Positions 22,423 through 32,526 of a DNA stretch of 64,000 nt are shown piece by piece. Both the position numbers and the translations under genes were made by a program. How positions within the stretch are numbered: position 1 is the first letter of the stretch; each line of letters begins with the position of its first letter. This stretch comes from an uncultured delta proteobacterium. Lineage in GTDB: Bacteria > Desulfobacterota > RBG-13-43-22. Under the pieces are notes generated by a model that saw nothing but the letters and a program-made list of their open reading frames with translations, was not told the origin of the DNA and made no database searches. Location of the stretch: NCBI GenBank assembly GCA_963802945.1, contig CAWDKY010000016.1, forward strand, positions 1-64,000, given 5' to 3'.

Positions 22423-22972
22423 GTTCTTTTCTTCCTAAATGTTTGGAAAGTGTTTTTTTGATCTGCTGCCTTGCCCTGAAGAGCCGGGATTTCACCGTAC
22501 CGGGGGATACCCCATCCCGAAAGGCAATCTCTTCCAAAGGAATGCCTTCCAAATTTTTCAGAATGGTATTTCGGTAATGGGCCGGCAATTTTTCTAAGGC
22601 CTCTTCAATGGCCTCGCTTTGTTCCTTAAGGATCAAAAGATCCTCCGGTGGTCTCTCCGGAACAGAGATATCCGGGGCGTCTTCTATTGGAATGAAAAAT
22701 TTGTTCCGTCTCTTTCTCATCTCGCTGAAACAGCGATTTCTGGCGGCAATAAACAGCCAGGCCGAAAAGGGGGTGCCTCGTTTTGGATCGAAACGAGGCA
22801 GTGATTGGTAGACGCTCAGAAATACTTCCTGACCGATGTCTTCAACGATCTTCTCGTCCCCTATGAGGGCGAAGATAAAATGAAGGAGGGGCCGATGATA
22901 TCTTTCCACAATACGGGCATAGGCCTCAATATCCCCCTGTTGAACGCGTGCAATGATGTCGTTATCTTCCAA
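22409..22972 (-). CDS. ECF (sigma-70 group 4) RNA polymerase sigma factor
   Basis: EDIGQEVF, FSAWLFIAARN, EIA...SPGTVKSRLFRAR. Confidence 0.95.
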   Translation of the reverse strand: MEDNDIIARVQQGDIEAYARIVERYHRPLLHFIFALIGDEKIVEDIGQEVFLSVYQSLPRFDPKRGTPFSAWLFIAARNRCFSEMRKRRNKFFIPIEDAPDISVPERPPEDLLILKEQSEAIEEALEKLPAHYRNTILKNLEGIPLEEIAFRDGVSPGTVKSRLFRARQQIKKTLSKHLGRKEHEKV

Positions 22973-23093
22973 AATATTCTCGTTCTCAGGCCGAACTGAC
23001 TTTATGATTAGTACGCAATACCCTTGGAAAGGTTTCCTAAATTATATTGGAGAAGAAGTATATAAAAAGTAAACAGAAAAAAAGCATTATTTC

Positions 23094-23226
23094 TTGCCTA
23101 TCTTCTCCTATTGTGATATTTTTAAAGTGATTTCGGTCCGCAAGGGCGGATTCACAGTGAGAAATTAGATAAAAAATTCTCATCGCCCGCATTTCCTTCG
23201 GCAAATACGAGGAATGCGGGCGATTT
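23094..23226 (+). promoter_or_regulatory. Promoter followed by a three-hairpin structured leader
   Basis: TTGCCT-17-TATTTT; GNRA-capped hairpin, second hairpin, strong third stem ATCGCCCGCATT..AATGCGGGCGAT. Confidence 0.4.
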
Positions 23227-23236
23227 GCCTTTGTAA

Positions 23237-24562
23237 ATGAACAGCATCCCCTCTAAGTTGACCACTAAACGTATTTTATTTTTTTGGCTGCCCCTGGAAT
23301 CCACCTGGCTGATGATGGCCATGGAAGGTGCCCTGATGAGTGCCATTATTGCCAGGATGGCCGCCCCCAAGTTCAATCTGGCTGCCTTTGGAGTGGCCTT
23401 TTCTTTCCTCATGGTTCTGGAGGCCCCGCTGATGATGATTATCAGCGCCACGACTGCTCTGGTCATTGACCAGGATTCCTTTCTCAAAATGCGGCGATTC
23501 ACTTTTGTCCTGATCGGAATAATCACCCTGATGATGGGCCTAACGGTTTTTCCCCCTGTCTTCTATTTCCTCAGCCAAAAACTGATCGGCCTTCCGGAAC
23601 ATATTGCCCGCCTTACTTATGGAACGGTTCTCATCTCAACCCCTATCCCCTGGGCCATCGGATATCGCCGGTTTTATCAGGGGGTTTTGATCCGTCATAA
23701 TCAAACCCGCTATGTGGCTTTGGGAACAGCTATCCGTTTGACCGGCATAACTTCGCTTGGGTTGTTATTATATCGCTTTTCCTTATTGGAAGGTGCTTGG
23801 ACAGGGGCCATCATTCTCTTATTCGCCGTTATCCTGGAGGCGATTTTGAGCCGGTTCTTGGCCCGCGGTATTATTCATCATCTGCTGTCGAAAACCGAAA
23901 TTAAAGAAGGGGATGATGGGGACCACCTGACCTATCGGGCCATTTTCCACTTTTATTTGCCGTTGGCCTTGACTTCCCTTTTGGCCTTAGGGGTCCAGCC
24001 GGCGGTGACTTTTTTCGTTGGAAAAAGCCGTATGGCCATCGAGTCCTTGGCTGTGCTTCCGGTTATTTCCGGGTTGACATTTCTCTTTATGAGCTGCGGT
24101 ATGTCCTTTCATGATGTCGTCATCGCCCTGGTAGGGGATAATAGTCGTAATTTTAAGGCCCTGCGCAATTTTGCTTTGGGCTTGGGTGTGATTACCGTCG
24201 GACTGTTAGCCTGCATTGGATTCACTCCTCTGTCTTATTTCTGGTTTCATAGGGTTTCCGGCCTGTCTGTTGAATTAACGCAATTCGCCCTGACCCCGGT
24301 TAAGCTATTAACTGTCATGCCCGGTCTTTGGATGCTGGTCACCTTCCAACGTTCGGTCCTGGTCAGTATCCGTCACACCGCGCCGACAACCTGGGCTACC
24401 GGGCTGGAACTGCTGATTGTCCTGACCACCCTTTTCGTGACCATTGGTTATCTGGATTTCGTCGGGGCTGTAGCCGCGGCTACAGCTTTTCTCCTGGGTC
24501 GAATTGGCGGTATAATCTACCTTGTCCGGCCTTTTTCAAAGGCTGTAAAAACATTCCAGTAA
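23237..24562 (+). CDS. MATE/ANKH-like multi-TM transporter (MOP superfamily)
   Basis: About 12 TMs with an internal repeat (FWLPL / FYLPLA), LAAFGVA, RRFYQGVLI. Confidence 0.75.
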   Translation: MNSIPSKLTTKRILFFWLPLESTWLMMAMEGALMSAIIARMAAPKFNLAAFGVAFSFLMVLEAPLMMIISATTALVIDQDSFLKMRRFTFVLIGIITLMMGLTVFPPVFYFLSQKLIGLPEHIARLTYGTVLISTPIPWAIGYRRFYQGVLIRHNQTRYVALGTAIRLTGITSLGLLLYRFSLLEGAWTGAIILLFAVILEAILSRFLARGIIHHLLSKTEIKEGDDGDHLTYRAIFHFYLPLALTSLLALGVQPAVTFFVGKSRMAIESLAVLPVISGLTFLFMSCGMSFHDVVIALVGDNSRNFKALRNFALGLGVITVGLLACIGFTPLSYFWFHRVSGLSVELTQFALTPVKLLTVMPGLWMLVTFQRSVLVSIRHTAPTTWATGLELLIVLTTLFVTIGYLDFVGAVAAATAFLLGRIGGIIYLVRPFSKAVKTFQ

Positions 24563-24575
24563 TAATATTTTTCCT

Positions 24576-25412
24576 ATGAGGAACAACAATCGATTTCACA
24601 ACCCAAAACATCGTCTAGTATATTTTTCAAAATTAAGCCAGGCTATTCAAATCAAGTCTTTCTTATTGGCAACAACCCTGACGGTTATTTTTCCGTTGGT
24701 GTTTGGGTTAATGACGACCTGGGCAGGCCCGCCCTTCTTTACGGATGATCCTGAGCCCGTTGAGTATAAGCATGGAGAATTCTACATCGCCTCCCAATAT
24801 ATTCACAGCCAGGACGGCAATTCGGCCACCTTACCCCATTTTGAATTTAATTATGGGCCTCTTCCTAATGTGCAACTGCACTTAATCGCTCCTTTCCAAT
24901 ATATTAGACCGGAAGGGGGAGACTCCCAATACGGTTATGGAGATACCGAATTTGGCATCAAGTTTCGTTTTATCCAGGAAACCGATTTGCTGCCCATGGT
25001 GGGGACCTTTCCTTTGATAGAATTTCCTACCGGCAACAGCGATAAGGGTCTGGGCAACGGGCAGACCCAAATATTTTTACCTCTCTGGATCCAGAAAAGT
25101 TGGGGTCCCTGGACCACTTACGGCGGGGGAGGATATTGGATCAGTCCAGGAGAAGGCAATAAAAACTGGTGGTTTTTCGGTTGGCTCATACAACGTGAGA
25201 TTACTAAAAAATTAACTTTTGGAGGAGAGCTCTTTCATAAAACCATCAGCCATGAAGGAGGAGAAAGCAGTACCGGCTTTAATGTGGGGGCTATCATAAA
25301 CCTTACCGAGGACCATCATATCCTGCTTTCGGCTGGTCGGGACTTTGACGGGCCCAATCTCTTTACCGCTTATATAGGCTATCAATTTACTTTTGGGCCG
25401 AAGGGGCCTTGA
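24576..25412 (+). CDS. Outer-membrane beta-barrel 'transporter' family protein
   Basis: AGPPFFTDDPEPV after signal peptide, GYGDTEFGIKFRF, PTG....GLGNG, terminal YQFTF. Confidence 0.75.
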   Translation: MRNNNRFHNPKHRLVYFSKLSQAIQIKSFLLATTLTVIFPLVFGLMTTWAGPPFFTDDPEPVEYKHGEFYIASQYIHSQDGNSATLPHFEFNYGPLPNVQLHLIAPFQYIRPEGGDSQYGYGDTEFGIKFRFIQETDLLPMVGTFPLIEFPTGNSDKGLGNGQTQIFLPLWIQKSWGPWTTYGGGGYWISPGEGNKNWWFFGWLIQREITKKLTFGGELFHKTISHEGGESSTGFNVGAIINLTEDHHILLSAGRDFDGPNLFTAYIGYQFTFGPKGP

Positions 25413-25583
25413 ACATGGACAAGAAGCGTATTTCCCGTCACGGCATCAAGGGGGACTTTGCACTTGGAACTAATTAGTTGCGCTACATCCTGGAGAAAAC
25501 AGAGTTAATCGTCATCGATGCTTTGGAGGCTTCCCTGCAGCCACCAGGGCATCTGTCCAAGACCAAGGTAAAGGAGAGGGGCC

Positions 25584-28130
25584 ATGAGCAACCCGACACG
25601 GGTCAGCAACCCGACATACAGTTTTCTGCCTATAGAAGTCGAGGGATTCGATGCCCTGGCCGAACTGGCCTTGGATATGCGTATGTATTGGAACCATTCG
25701 GCCGATGAAGTGTGGAGAAAACTTGATCCTGATTTATGGGAACTGACCTATAATCCCTGGGTCGTCTTGCAGACGGTCTCTCGAGACCGGATCGAGTTAT
25801 TATCGGCCGACCCGGTCTTCCGCCGAAAGGTGGAAGACCTCTTGCAAACCAAGCACCAGGAGGAAGAGTCTTCTGCCTGGTTTCAAAAAAATCATTCGGA
25901 AACCTCGCTGACCTCAGTGGCCTATTTCAGTATGGAATTCATGTTAAGTGAAGCCTTGCCTATCTATTCGGGCGGGCTTGGAAACGTGGCCGGCGATCAA
26001 CTCAAAACCGCCAGTGACCTGGGTGTGCCGGTGATTGGCGTGGGACTGCTTTATCAGCAAGGTTATTTCCGCCAGATCATAGATAAGGACGGGGTCCAAC
26101 AAGCCCTATTCCCGTATAACGATCCCGGTCAATTACCGATAACACCTTTGCGTGAATCGAACGGGGAGTGGCTTCGGCTGGAAATCAAGTTGCCTGGGTA
26201 CTCGGTCTGGCTGCGGGCCTGGCAGGTCCAGGTCGGCCGGGTGAAGCTGTATTTGCTGGACAGCAATGATCCGGCCAATTTTCCGACCCGTCGTGGGATC
26301 ACCAGCGAATTGTATGGGGGTGGGCCGGAGTTGCGTCTTAATCAAGAAATGGTACTCGGGATCGGCGGGTGGCGACTTCTGAACACTTTGGGTCATAAGC
26401 CCGAAGTCTGCCATTTAAATGAAGGCCATGCGGCCTTGGCCGTGCTGGAACGGGCCAGAACCTTTATGGAAGAGACCGGACAGCCCTTCGATGTAGCCTT
26501 GGCCGTCAGCCGAGCGGGCAACCTCTTTACCACCCACACGCCGGTCTCTGCCGGTTTTGATTGTTTCTCTCCGGATCTCATCGAGCAATATCTCGGGTGG
26601 TACGCCCAGAATATGCTGGGCATCTCCATCCGCGATTTGCTGGCCCTTGGTCGTAGGGACCCGAACGATTCTTCTGAACCATTTAATATGGCTTTTCTGG
26701 CGGTAAGAGGAAGCGGAGCGGTTAATGGGGTAAGCCATTTGCACGGACAGGTGAGCCGGTGCATCTTTCAGCCCCTTTTCCCGCGTTGGACGGAAGATGA
26801 AGTGCCGGTAGGTCATGTGACCAACGGGGTCCATATGTCGAGCTGGGATTCGGAAGAGTTCGATGCCCTGTGGACAGACTCCTGCGGAAAGGACCGCTGG
26901 AACGGAACATTGGAGACCCTGGAAGAGGACATGCGCCGCCTTCCCGACTCGAGGCTTTGGGAGTGTCGTGCTTCGGCTCGTCAGACGCTCGTAGAATATG
27001 TACGGGAACGGCTTTACAGGCAGCTGGAAGCTGCCGGGGCATCTTCAGAGGAGGTTGAGCGGGCGAGGCATCTTTTAGACCCCAACACCTTAACTCTGGG
27101 CTTTGCCCGGCGCTTTACCCTTTACAAGAGGCCCAATCTATTGTTGCACGATCCTGAAAGGTTCTATCGCCTTCTCACTAATTTTCAACACCCAGTACAA
27201 CTTCTCATTGCCGGCAAGGCCCATCCTGCGGACCAGGCCGGTCAGAACCTGATTCGGGAATGGACGGATTTCATTCGACGGGCCGGAGCCCATAACCATG
27301 TGATCTTTTTAAGCGACTATGACATGCTTTTGACTGGACAACTGGTGCAGGGAGTGGATGTCTGGATTAATACGCCCAGACGACCTTGGGAAGCCTGTGG
27401 GACAAGCGGCATGAAAGTGCTGGTTAACGGCGGCTTAAATCTGTCGGTGCTGGATGGCTGGTGGGCGGAGGCTTACAACCCTGAAGTGGGGTGGGCCTTG
27501 GGAGACGGCCGAGAACATGACGATGATCCGGCCTGGGATGCCGCTGAAGCCGAGGCCCTTTACCATCTGCTCGAACAGGAGGTCATCCCCGAATTCTATA
27601 CCCGCGATGAGAACGGTATTCCAACGGCCTGGGTGGCTCGGGTACGGGAGAGCATGGCCCGGTTGACACCGCGATTTTCCGCTAATCGCACGGTGCGTGA
27701 ATACACCGAGCAACACTACCTGCCAGCTGCGGCCGCCTATCGTGCGCGCGCGTTAGATCATGGGGCGAAGGGCAGACAAGTGGTCGATTGGCAGAAAGCC
27801 CTGAAAAAGAATTGGCCCACACTGCGTTTCGGTGAAATGAAATGGGAAACGCATGACGAACAACACGTCTTTGATGTGCAAATTTGTCTCAATGATCTCG
27901 ATCCCGAGGCCGTCCAAGTCGAGCTATATGCCGAAGGGACCAACGGCGAAGGCCCGGTGCGGCTGGAGATGAAGCGCCTGCACCCTTTGACGGGCGCTGC
28001 GGGCGGATATATTTACCGTGCCTCGGTTTCTGCGACCCGACCGGCGACGGATTATACGGCCCGGGTGATACCACACTATCCCGGTGTTGCTGTTCCTCTG
28101 GAAGCGCCTTATATCCTTTGGCAACGATGA
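25584..28130 (+). CDS. glgP: Alpha-glucan (glycogen) phosphorylase
   Basis: AYFSMEF, YSGGLG, HLNEGH, EACGTSGMK PLP-lysine motif. Confidence 0.97.
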   Translation: MSNPTRVSNPTYSFLPIEVEGFDALAELALDMRMYWNHSADEVWRKLDPDLWELTYNPWVVLQTVSRDRIELLSADPVFRRKVEDLLQTKHQEEESSAWFQKNHSETSLTSVAYFSMEFMLSEALPIYSGGLGNVAGDQLKTASDLGVPVIGVGLLYQQGYFRQIIDKDGVQQALFPYNDPGQLPITPLRESNGEWLRLEIKLPGYSVWLRAWQVQVGRVKLYLLDSNDPANFPTRRGITSELYGGGPELRLNQEMVLGIGGWRLLNTLGHKPEVCHLNEGHAALAVLERARTFMEETGQPFDVALAVSRAGNLFTTHTPVSAGFDCFSPDLIEQYLGWYAQNMLGISIRDLLALGRRDPNDSSEPFNMAFLAVRGSGAVNGVSHLHGQVSRCIFQPLFPRWTEDEVPVGHVTNGVHMSSWDSEEFDALWTDSCGKDRWNGTLETLEEDMRRLPDSRLWECRASARQTLVEYVRERLYRQLEAAGASSEEVERARHLLDPNTLTLGFARRFTLYKRPNLLLHDPERFYRLLTNFQHPVQLLIAGKAHPADQAGQNLIREWTDFIRRAGAHNHVIFLSDYDMLLTGQLVQGVDVWINTPRRPWEACGTSGMKVLVNGGLNLSVLDGWWAEAYNPEVGWALGDGREHDDDPAWDAAEAEALYHLLEQEVIPEFYTRDENGIPTAWVARVRESMARLTPRFSANRTVREYTEQHYLPAAAAYRARALDHGAKGRQVVDWQKALKKNWPTLRFGEMKWETHDEQHVFDVQICLNDLDPEAVQVELYAEGTNGEGPVRLEMKRLHPLTGAAGGYIYRASVSATRPATDYTARVIPHYPGVAVPLEAPYILWQR

Positions 28131-28198
28131 GGCGGTTTCGACTGGAGAGACGATGGGAAGCGGCCGGTTAGTTCAAAAAAACTGGTGATCGAAATGTG

Positions 28199-28312
28199 TT
28201 TTAGTTAAATAATTGGCCCGGCAAAGAAGCTTCCAGGTTCAGGATGGACCACCCCCCAAAAAAGACCCCACCGGACCTCTTATGTTGATATTATTTCGTG
28301 ACCCTTAATAAG
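28199..28312. repeat. Partial, diverged copy of the right end of the 21044-21361 MITE
   Basis: TTAGTTAAATAAYTGGCCCGG.AAAGAAGCTT and terminal GACCCTTAATAAG shared. Confidence 0.7.
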
Positions 28313-28352
28313 ACGGAACATAGAAAGAGAAAATGATGAACGTGGAGGAAAA

Positions 28353-28802
28353 ATGATGCGTATTGGCATAGCGGCAGATCATGGTGGATTTGAGTTAAAA
28401 GGGCAATTGACTGAGGCCCTCAAGGTAACTGGTTATGAAGTAACGGATTTCGGCTCCCATGAGTTGGTTACCGGAGATGACTACCCGGATTTTGTGGTGC
28501 CTCTGGCCAGGGCGGTGGCACGGGGTGAGGCCACTCGGGGCTTGGCCATCTGCGGCAGCGGAGTAGGGGCTTGCGTAGCGGCCAACAAGGTGCCCGGTGT
28601 CCGGGCAGCTTTGATCACGGATGCCTTCTCCGCTCATCAAGGGGTAGAAGACGACGACATGAACGTGATGTGTTTGGGCGGCCGGGTCACCGGACAGGCC
28701 CTATCCTGGGATTTGGTCCAGACTTTCCTGAGCGCTCGCTTCAAGGGAGAGGAACGGTTCAAGCGCCGTCTGGCAAAAGTGGCGGTATTGGAAAGAGTGT
28801 GA
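28353..28802 (+). CDS. rpiB: Ribose 5-phosphate isomerase B family
   Basis: AADHGG, DDYPD, ICGSGVG..ANKVPGVRAA. Confidence 0.93.
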   Translation: MMRIGIAADHGGFELKGQLTEALKVTGYEVTDFGSHELVTGDDYPDFVVPLARAVARGEATRGLAICGSGVGACVAANKVPGVRAALITDAFSAHQGVEDDDMNVMCLGGRVTGQALSWDLVQTFLSARFKGEERFKRRLAKVAVLERV

Positions 28803-29157
28803 AATAAAGAGGGACATCCATGAAATAATAACTAGACAAGGTCCCCAAGACTTGAGCTGCCGGGGGACACCTTCCCATCCGTTATCGACAGATACTCACC
28901 TAAGGAATATTTATTTCGGGATATACGACTTCACCTATAAGTCTACTAAAAGGGTAGCCCCTAAAATTAACTATTACTGATTGAAATTGAGTAAAACGTC
29001 AATGGGGGGGCAGAGCGTGAGTAACACGGAGATTCATCCAGGTCCACTTAACGCTCTTGTCTTTCATTATTTTCCGTTATTTTCATTTAACTACATGACT
29101 TTGCCCGGCCGTACAATAAATCTGTCCCTTAATATTCCTTAACTCCCTTTTATTATA

Positions 29158-29949
29158 CTAGCTGGGCAACGCCTGGAGTAGGATTTCCGGTAGCATCCAT
29201 ATGTGGTACTTTTCTTTGTCCTTTATCGTGCGGTGCAGATTATGATAGCAGCCTGTGCAAATGGTCACGATGTCACGATTGACAAAGCTGTTGTTCAATT
29301 TCTCCATGTGCGGCGGAATGAAGCAGCAGAGATTGCTATCCGGTTCTTTCACCTGTAACCCCTGAACTTTTCCTAAAAGGCGGCGGGCAGGCTCGATATC
29401 CAGTGTGTGCTCAGTAATGCGGCGCCGGAAGCGATAGCATCCAGGATAGTAGTTGATCGCCATGTTCAGTCTGCCGCCAGGGAAAAACTGCTCCAGCAGG
29501 GCGCTGTACGAAATGACGGGAATTGAAGTTTCGTCGGCTAAATTGGCATAGCTTGGCTCGCAGGCAGCGCAAAAAAGGACGATGGCCTTCACTCCCAGAG
29601 CCTCCGCCTGCTTGAAATTGCCGACGACGAACTCGCGGGAAAGCTCTTTGCTTCGAGCGATATCATCTTCATTTTTCGCTATCACGGCCGGTTGGCCAAA
29701 AGGCAACCAGCCGCAACAGAATTCTTTGCCCAGGACGGTATAGCTGATCTGCAGGCGATCCAGAAGGAACTTCAATGATCCAATCGCTTTTGGCATCGCC
29801 TCCGACTGGGCGCAGCCCATAATGATCGCGTAATCAGCTTTTTCTCCTATGGGAAAGCCGATATCAGTTAGTACTTTCGCCTTGCCCTGCCAATCCGTAC
29901 TATACGTTCCATGCTCTCTCACGTTATCGATCAATTTTTCGTCAATCAT
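29158..29949 (-). CDS. Cysteine-rich (CCG-domain) Fe-S protein
   Basis: EFCCG, CAAC, YYPGC, NLCC, TICTGC motifs; no ferredoxin domain. Confidence 0.8.
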   Translation of the reverse strand: MIDEKLIDNVREHGTYSTDWQGKAKVLTDIGFPIGEKADYAIIMGCAQSEAMPKAIGSLKFLLDRLQISYTVLGKEFCCGWLPFGQPAVIAKNEDDIARSKELSREFVVGNFKQAEALGVKAIVLFCAACEPSYANLADETSIPVISYSALLEQFFPGGRLNMAINYYPGCYRFRRRITEHTLDIEPARRLLGKVQGLQVKEPDSNLCCFIPPHMEKLNNSFVNRDIVTICTGCYHNLHRTIKDKEKYHIWMLPEILLQALPS

Positions 29950-30076
29950 TTCTTCCTCCTTCGTGTCATGACTTCGTCAGCCAAAACGTGAGAAACCCAT
30001 TCATTAGCATACTTCCCATATTACCATAGCCTATAAAACCAACTTTTTTCATATTAGCTTTCATCTTTCCCATTTA

Positions 30077-30140
30077 AGATAACGTCTCGGGTCACCGGGA
30101 GCTGGATTTATCGGCGATCCGGTGCAGCCGATTGCTATGA
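30077..30140 (-). other. Degenerate integron attC-like site
   Basis: Minus strand: TCATAGC-AATCG-GCTGCACC...GGTGACC-CGAGAC-GTTATCT; attC spacing, but R'' AAC changed to AGC. Confidence 0.55.
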
Positions 30141-30355
30141 AATTTTTTCCCCCTTATTGTTTTTGGTCGTTTTGGGAGTCATCCATTCGTCGTTCTCGGA
30201 GTGTAGAGACGGCCTAAGTTTTGAGGACCATGCCTTGGGAGCGGTGTAATGTCGCGCGATTAACTTTTGCTCCGCAATAGCACTATCCCCAGCCACGGGT
30301 AAAATAAGATACCAAGCAACATTTCTAAAACCATTAGAGGCTGGGCCACCATTTC

Positions 30356-31885
30356 TTATGAAGGCTGACGCCGCATAGTCTCAGGTTGTCCACGCCGAAT
30401 GATTGCCCACCCAGCGAGAAGGATCAGACCGGCAACACATAGATAAGCGAATACATCGCCAATCATGCTGTAAATCGTCCTGACGCCGCGCATCGGAATA
30501 GAGGTCAGTATGATACCCCTCTTGTCGGTGAAGTAATCCTGGCTGCCGAGTACACGCCCCTCGTAATCGGTGATCAGCGAGATGCCTTTCCCGGTAGGGC
30601 GTACCAATGAAAAACCGTTTTCAATTGCACGGTAGACAAACATTACAGAGGCTGATCGGGCAAAGGGGGCAACATCGTTGGATGGTGCGAACAGGATGTC
30701 TGCACCGTTCTCCCCAGCCTGTCGGACCCGTGCTGGATAGTACGTTTCCCAGCAAATGGAGGCGCTCATGCGGCCATAAGAAGTATCTACATAGGGCAAT
30801 GGGCTTTTGCCCGCAATGGTGACAAAGGCTTCGTCGAAAGGCACGAGATATTTCTTATCGTATGTCCAGAGTGATTGGCCCTTGTTGTCGATCAGTATTG
30901 ATCGGTCGAGTAGATAAGGCAGCCTGTCGGTGCGAGTGAATACGCCAAGTGAAACTTGCACGTAAGCATTGTATTGCCGCGCCAGAGCCGCCGCGCGCTC
31001 TACCGTGCCTCGCTCGTCTTCTGCTAGGACCCATGCTGCTTCTTCCTGCCAACTGGCGATTTTCGCGCCCCCCTTCAGCGCCGTTTCTGTTCGCGCCAGC
31101 ATCTCCTTCACCGTAGCTTCAAATCTCGGACGCACTGCGGCACGTTCTGCGTCGGTAGATCGGTTGAATGTCATCCAATTGATCTTGTCGATAGCTGCCT
31201 GCCAGATCGTACCCTCTGCGGTGACAGTCGCTACTTGGACTGTCTGAGAGGACGGCGGGGTGAAGGCCAACCGGATACTGCCGAAAAGTTGAGTCGCCAC
31301 CAGGGCCGCAAGAAAAAGTCCTAATATGCCGCGTATGGCTCGCCAGTCGAAATTATGTTCCCAGAGTGCATTAGCTGCTGAAGCGAACCACATGATAAGG
31401 AAGGTCAATCCCCACATGCCGGTGATCGAGACTATTTGTATCAGGGCTAGGTTGTCGAATTGGGAATATGCGGGCGAAGCCGTACCGCTTACCTTGAGCA
31501 GGGACAGTATCCAATCTACCGTGGTGAACGCCAGAGGGAAGATGAGCAGCCGCGGCCGTTCCCCCAGTCGCTTGTGGAGCGCACGATCGGCCGCGTAGGG
31601 AAGCGTCCACACCAGTGCCTTGAATATTACGTTTCCGATGAAGCCAAGAAGGTTGAACGGGAGACCGCGTCCAGCAATTGAATTGCCTATAAAGTAGGCA
31701 ACGAAGATTAACGGCAGGGCTACGAACGTCCGCCGCGAGGTTCGCGAGAAGCGGAGCAGGAATACCGGAGCAAACCACGCCGCCAGGGGGATCACGGTTT
31801 GCCAGGTCACAAACGGTACTAACAGAACCCCGATCAGCAGCCACAACCAACTCAGGCGCTCGGTTTGAATTTTGTTTTGCTCCAT
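30356..31885 (-). CDS. Apolipoprotein N-acyltransferase-like (membrane + CN-hydrolase domain)
   Basis: N-terminal TMs; E (WQEE), K (YDKKYLVP), C (SICWE) triad; RAIENG. Confidence 0.85.
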   Translation of the reverse strand: MEQNKIQTERLSWLWLLIGVLLVPFVTWQTVIPLAAWFAPVFLLRFSRTSRRTFVALPLIFVAYFIGNSIAGRGLPFNLLGFIGNVIFKALVWTLPYAADRALHKRLGERPRLLIFPLAFTTVDWILSLLKVSGTASPAYSQFDNLALIQIVSITGMWGLTFLIMWFASAANALWEHNFDWRAIRGILGLFLAALVATQLFGSIRLAFTPPSSQTVQVATVTAEGTIWQAAIDKINWMTFNRSTDAERAAVRPRFEATVKEMLARTETALKGGAKIASWQEEAAWVLAEDERGTVERAAALARQYNAYVQVSLGVFTRTDRLPYLLDRSILIDNKGQSLWTYDKKYLVPFDEAFVTIAGKSPLPYVDTSYGRMSASICWETYYPARVRQAGENGADILFAPSNDVAPFARSASVMFVYRAIENGFSLVRPTGKGISLITDYEGRVLGSQDYFTDKRGIILTSIPMRGVRTIYSMIGDVFAYLCVAGLILLAGWAIIRRGQPETMRRQPS

Positions 31886-32341
31886 TTCGTCTCCCTTTTA
31901 GGTTATGTCCAGAACAAAAAATAATTGTCAATCACTACCTTGACAAAAACAAAGCCCCACCTCTCTCCTGAGAAATAGGGTTTATTATTCTTCCATTGAC
32001 GCTCCCTGTTTAAAGGTTGCCAACAAGAAAACTTATTTATTTTATTTATAATTTCTTACTCTTTAATAACTAAAAAGTCAACAAATTACAGGTTCCTTTT
32101 AATTAATTACCGTTTGAAATATTGTCTTTTTCCCAAAAGATAATTTTGAGGAAGAAGCCCTCAAGGTTCCTCGAACAGGGTCTCACCTGACTGAATTAAA
32201 ATTTTACACCCACAACTCTTGCTTGGGAGCTGGACTAAAATTGAGGATTGAGGGTTTAAATAAATAATCCCCTACTGTTAAATAATGAGGCTCATAGATT
32301 ATTTTCATACATTATAGAAAGAAAATATTTTGATTTTATTT

Positions 32342-32370
32342 TTGACGAAGCCCTCTGGAGATGTTATTAT
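32342..32370 (+). promoter_or_regulatory. sigma70 promoter
   Basis: TTGACG-17-TATTAT with extended TG. Confidence 0.6.
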
Positions 32371-32376
32371 AGAAGC

Positions 32377-32526
32377 CAGTGAAGCAGACCATTCGTTCCT
32401 CGTGATTGGGTTTATGGGAGTTCATGGCCGCCAGCCAATCTAAGTTATCGAAAAATTTTTATTACCGTTGTCCTTAGTTCGGTAGATAATGCGGGACTCT
32501 TCCGGGAGATAGGTTGTTTGTCACTG
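32377..32526 (+). ncRNA. Candidate structured RNA (multibranch), family unknown
   Basis: Closing stem CAGTGA..CAGACC / GGTTG..TCACTG with several internal stems; starts right after the promoter. Confidence 0.4.
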
